Below, piece by piece: positions 37,212 through 41,094 of a stretch of 41,094 nucleotides of DNA. Source of the DNA: Salpingoeca rosetta (lineage: Eukaryota; Protista; Choanoflagellata); assembly GCA_033442325.1 (NCBI GenBank), contig JAWQFM010000027.1, positions 582,222-623,315 of the forward strand, read 5' to 3'. Under the pieces are notes generated by a model that was given only the letters and a program-made list of their open reading frames with translations, was not told where the DNA came from and did not search any database. Both the position numbers and the translations under genes were made by a program. How positions within the stretch are numbered: position 1 is the stretch's first letter; each line of letters starts with the position of its first letter.

Positions 37212-37315
37212 GCACACACACACACACACACACAATCCAATCGTGCTTACGTTTGCACGGATTCGACGTTGAACTTGGTGTGCGCTGCATCCTTGGCATC
37301 TTCCTCCCACACGCG
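36417..37315 (-). CDS. Histidine phosphatase / phosphoglycerate mutase-like family protein, C-terminal half only (5' part in the gap)
   Basis: Spliced RVWEEDAKDAAHTKFNVESVQTVVDRTRALLMELNDKHHNATIVLVAHGDTLQICQTWVQRLPLTTHRNVEYLGNADLRK, carrying the ES..V..R / LVAHGD..Q / L.NA signature. The RHG motif is not visible. The terminal exon 36437-36417 (IASGPP*) is tentative. Confidence 0.8.
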
Positions 37316-37393
37316 CTGTTGAACAGTGAGACATGATGCACGATGGCAGGCAGTGACTATGGGCACGGACAGGGAGCGCTAGAATATGCAAGC

Positions 37394-37397
<4 letters not shown>

Positions 37398-37475
<78 letters not shown>
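37398..37475. repeat. (GA)n microsatellite
   Basis: Directly visible next to the gap. Confidence 0.9.
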
Positions 37476-37480
37476 CCCGT

Positions 37481-38008
37481 NNNNNNNNNNNNNNNNNNNN
37501 NNNNNNNNNNNNNNNNNNNNNNNNNNNNNNNNNNNNNNNNNNNNNNNNNNNNNNNNNNNNNNNNNNNNNNNNNNNNNNNNNNNNNNNNNNNNNNNNNNNN
37601 NNNNNNNNNNNNNNNNNNNNNNNNNNNNNNNNNNNNNNNNNNNNNNNNNNNNNNNNNNNNNNNNNNNNNNNNNNNNNNNNNNNNNNNNNNNNNNNNNNNN
37701 NNNNNNNNNNNNNNNNNNNNNNNNNNNNNNNNNNNNNNNNNNNNNNNNNNNNNNNNNNNNNNNNNNNNNNNNNNNNNNNNNNNNNNNNNNNNNNNNNNNN
37801 NNNNNNNNNNNNNNNNNNNNNNNNNNNNNNNNNNNNNNNNNNNNNNNNNNNNNNNNNNNNNNNNNNNNNNNNNNNNNNNNNNNNNNNNNNNNNNNNNNNN
37901 NNNNNNNNNNNNNNNNNNNNNNNNNNNNNNNNNNNNNNNNNNNNNNNNNNNNNNNNNNNNNNNNNNNNNNNNNNNNNNNNNNNNNNNNNNNNNNNNNNNN
38001 NNNNNNNN
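37481..38008. other. Assembly gap (N run)
   Basis: N run. It probably hides the 5' ends of two divergent genes, so its true size may be larger than shown. Confidence 0.99.
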
Positions 38009-38361
38009 GCAGCGGTGGTGCTGCAAGGAGATTAATTTGATAATTGCTTTTCGTTTTTTTTCTCGCCATTTTTTTGGTGTTTCTCCCATCGGTGCACTCT
38101 AGTACTTTAGAGGAGAATCCAGGAGAAGGAAAAAACAAAAGTGCGGTGGGGCATGAAGTGTGTGTACTCGTGCAACAATAATTTTTTTCTTTCTCTTCCC
38201 CCTTTTATCTCCCTAAACCTCGTGGACTCCGCTCTCGAGCGTCAAGTGCTACGAATGAAAAGATAAAGAACCTGCCCAAACCTCCCAGCTCCTCTTCGAG
38301 ACTCACCACCAGCGACTTTTCCTTTTTGGAGGCTTTTCCAGATGCCCTTGTACCTTTGTTC

Positions 38362-38446
<85 letters not shown>

Positions 38447-38557
38447 ATGGATGGCCAGCGTCATGTGTGTCTTGCTGTTTGCGTACGTATTCCCATACCG
38501 CGCATGTAATCCACAGCACCAACCAACACTCGTCCACCTTGTGCTCGTTGCGTTCAG

Positions 38558-39441
38558 AACAACATCCTCTGGGACCTGAGCACCATCACCATGCTTGATC
38601 TCTCCTTCAACGGCTTCACCACGCTGTCGAGTGAACTCACGTGTCTGCCCAACCTGGGCGTCCTCTACTTGCACGGCAATGCCATCTCCTCCCTGAAAGA
38701 GGTGTGTGTATGTATGTATGTATGTATGTATGTATGTATGTATGTATGTATGTATGTATGTATGTATGTATGTATGTATGTATGTATGTATGTATGTATG
38801 TGTGTGTATGTATGTATGTGTGTGCGTGTGCGTATGTTCATGTACGAAACCTTTTGGTGTGTATGTGTGTGTGTGTGTGTGCTTGTTTGTGTCTCATGGT
38901 GACCAACAGCAAACGCGCCCACCCACCAACTGCTCGCACTCCGGCTCATCCCGCTCTTAACTGTGCATTATCATCCACAGGTGAAAAAGTTGCAACAACT
39001 GGATAACCTGAGGATGCTCAGCTTGCATGGCAACGCCATTGAGAAGGAAACAGGTGTGCATGTGTGTGTGTGTGTGTGTGTCTGTGTCTGTGTGCTCGTG
39101 TGCGCGCATGCAAGTATGGGCGGGATTTCAAAACGAAGTGCTATCACCCCCCCCCCACACACACACACACACACACACACACAATATCTCTCTCTCTCTC
39201 TATCTCTCTATCTCTCACTCGCTCACTCACTCACGGAGATGCATGCACGCTTCTACACATTCATCCATGTGTGCGCTCTCCAGGGTACCGGACGTTTGTC
39301 ATCAGTGTGCTGCCCGGGCTGAAGAAACTGGACTTCTCGTCCATCACAGACGCAGATCGCGAGCGAACAGAGACGTGGCGGCAAGTACACGCGCCAAAGC
39401 GGCTCGCAAAGTCCCTCAAACAACCAAAGCAGCCAGAGTGA
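38558..39441 (+). CDS. LRRC51: Leucine-rich repeat-containing protein 51-like (cilia-associated), 5'-partial. Exons 38558-38701, 38981-39053, 39284-39441.
   Basis: NNILWDLSTITMLDLSFNGFTTLSSELTCLPNLGVLYLHGNAISSLKEVKKLQQLDNLRMLSLHGNAIEKETGYRTFVISVLPGLKKLDFSSITDADRERTETW follows the LRRC51 pattern (DLSFN..LYLHGN..EV.KL..LHGN..E...GYR..V....DFS..T.ADR...W). Confidence 0.88.
38705..38820. repeat. (TATG)n intronic repeat
   Basis: Directly visible array just after a 5' splice site. Confidence 0.9.
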
Positions 39442-39538
39442 ACAGAGCATGGGTGTGTGTGTGTGTGTGTGTGTGTGACTTCGTGTGTTGCTGACAATGG
39501 CACCCTCAGTGTGCTTCAGTGTCTTGTTCGTGTGCGTA

Positions 39539-39580
<42 letters not shown>

Positions 39581-39953
39581 GTGCCCAACGCCTTGCGTTT
39601 TCATAATGGTGCACTGCAATGATACACGACTTGATTGTGACAATCAACGTCGCTGGCTTCACATAACATGCACACGGCCCGTGAAAGGTCACAAAGCGCC
39701 CCACTGCCTCCTGATTGCTGCGCGTGCCTGTCTGCCATCGTTGTTGTGGCCGTGTGGCTTTGTGTGTGCTTGGTGTCTGCCTGTTTGCGTCCAAGTCGGT
39801 CGTGGCGCCAGCAAAGCACAACAGAACAGCAAAGCACAAGAAAGAAGGAGCAAAGCACAAGAAGACAAGCAAAAAGCCAAGTTGTTGTTCTGTTTGCAGA
39901 GGCTCGATCCATTTGATATACAGATTTTCCCCTTGGGCACATAACAAGAGCGC

Positions 39954-40060
39954 GACTCAGTAGTTGAGGGGTACAATTTCCGCCTGCCAATTTCTCCCAA
40001 GCGCTTAATTAAGAGCGCTTCAGTGCGCGGGAGGCCCGGGTTCAAATCCCGGCTGAGTCA
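39954..40060 (+). tRNA. tRNA with GCC anticodon (nominally tRNA-Gly), 36-nt intron at 39990-40025
   Basis: Cloverleaf: acceptor GACTCAG/CTGAGTC plus A73, D-stem GTTG/CAAT, anticodon stem TCCGC/GCGGG, loop CT-GCC-A^C, T-arm CCGGG-TTCAAAT-CCCGG. Intron at the canonical 37/38 position. T-run terminator at 40072-40079. Confidence 0.9.
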
Positions 40061-40071
40061 CTGTTCTATTC

Positions 40072-40079
40072 TTTTTTTT
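40072..40079 (+). terminator. RNA polymerase III oligo-T terminator
   Basis: T8 run starting 12 nt after the tRNA 3' end. Confidence 0.75.
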
Positions 40080-40153
40080 CTCTGTTTCGCGATCCTCGCA
40101 GCCTCCCGGCACTGATTCAAAAGCTGCTCGTAACTCCCGCTTGGTCAGCACGA

Positions 40154-40261
40154 GACTCAGTAGTTGAGGGGTACAATTTCCGCCTGCCAATTTCTTTCTC
40201 TCCCAGTGCCGCAACGACACCCAGTGCGCGGGAGGCCCGGGTTCAAATCCCGGCTGAGTCA
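40154..40261 (+). tRNA. Second tRNA with GCC anticodon (nominally tRNA-Gly), 37-nt intron at 40190-40226
   Basis: The mature 71-nt sequence is identical to the copy 200 bp upstream, but the intron differs. T-run at 40269-40276. Confidence 0.9.
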
Positions 40262-40328
40262 ACGCTTCTTTTTTTTGTTGCTTTGTGTTGAGGCGGCTAA
40301 GGAAAAAAAGAAACCAAAAAAAAACGTG

Positions 40329-40402
40329 CTCCCTTGGCAAGGCTCGAACTTGCAACCTCTCGATTAACAGTCGAACGCGCTAGCCAATTGCGCCACAAGG
40401 GA
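40329..40402 (-). tRNA. tRNA-Asn(GTT)
   Basis: Reverse complement TCCCTTG TG GCGC AATTGGCTA GCGC G TTCGA CT GTT AA TCGAG AGGTT GCAAG TTCGAGC CTTGC CAAGGGA G forms a full cloverleaf with G73. It is followed on the minus strand by T-runs (A-runs at 40303-40324 on plus). Confidence 0.95.
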
Positions 40403-40737
40403 CCGTTCATCTTGGCTGCCGCGAGCAACTTCCCTCTGTTCAACCAAGAAGCAAACACGAGAGTAAACCGAAAACGGATCAAATTCATCAAGGCAAAGGA
40501 AGACACATCGACAGACCACAGTGGCGGTGGTGCGTGTTTGTGTGAGTGTGTGTGAGTGTCTGTGCATGTGTGTGCGCGCGTGTGTGAGTGTCTGTGCATG
40601 TGTTTGTGTGTGTGTGCATGTGTTTGTGTGCATGTGTGTGCTTGTATCTATGCGTGTTTGTGTGCGCACTCCCAACTCCTCACCCCTTCACCCAGCCCTC
40701 ACATCGCTCAGCTTCTCCACTCTCCTTCTCGTCTCTC

Positions 40738-40804
<67 letters not shown>

Positions 40805-41094
40805 ACACACACACACACACACTCACTCACTCACACTCAACACACTCACTCACACACACACACACTCACACACATCATGCCCTCCCCTTCATCCAGGACG
40901 CCACTGACACCAATGTCAAGTCCACCGTCCACAGTCCCATGCCGCAGCCAGCTCAGCGCACTGAGGAGACCAACAAGACCCGCTCTCCCAGGAAGCAGCC
41001 ATAGCAGCAACGGCAGGCACGGCAGGCACAGCACGGTGGCCTGAGCCTTTGCGCGCACGCGTGCAACGCACTCTCGTGTGTTATTGTCACCAAT

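Noticed and set aside
39954-40261. Reading the GCC tRNAs as tRNA-Trp(CCA) because of the GAC start and the CCA in the loop
   Set aside because: It would put G at position 33 and break the anticodon stem. The GCC register gives C32/U33, A37 and a canonical intron site.
39954-40261. Two direct repeats with variable spacers resembling a CRISPR array or LTRs
   Set aside because: Fully explained as duplicated tRNA exons with different introns.

Overview
Intron-rich eukaryotic genomic DNA full of (CA)n/(TG)n, (CAA)n and (CAC/CAT)n microsatellites, with three N gaps. The style suggests a choanoflagellate such as Salpingoeca rosetta, which is an inference from composition and gene content. Most ORFs in the supplied track are repeat artefacts. 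Splicing GT-AG exons by hand gives eight protein genes in strictly alternating orientation: glycogen debranching enzyme (-, both ends missing), ubiquitin-conjugating E2 RAD6/UBC2 (+), LRR transmembrane TKL receptor kinase (-), L-rhamnonate dehydratase (+), a 20-exon 802-aa protein joining a Pil1/Lsp1-like BAR domain to a Sla2/HIP1-type I/LWEQ (THATCH) actin-binding domain (-), a catalytically degenerate C2H2/MULE-transposase/SWIM protein (+), a histidine phosphatase (-, partial) and LRRC51 (+, partial). A tRNA cluster follows: two intron-containing GCC-anticodon tRNAs with an atypical A2:U71 acceptor stem, and tRNA-Asn. The best candidates for new biology are the BAR-I/LWEQ fusion, the atypical tRNA(GCC) pair, the domesticated Mutator transposase, and a consistent 5'-(UG)n ... 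(CA)n-3' polarity inside introns.
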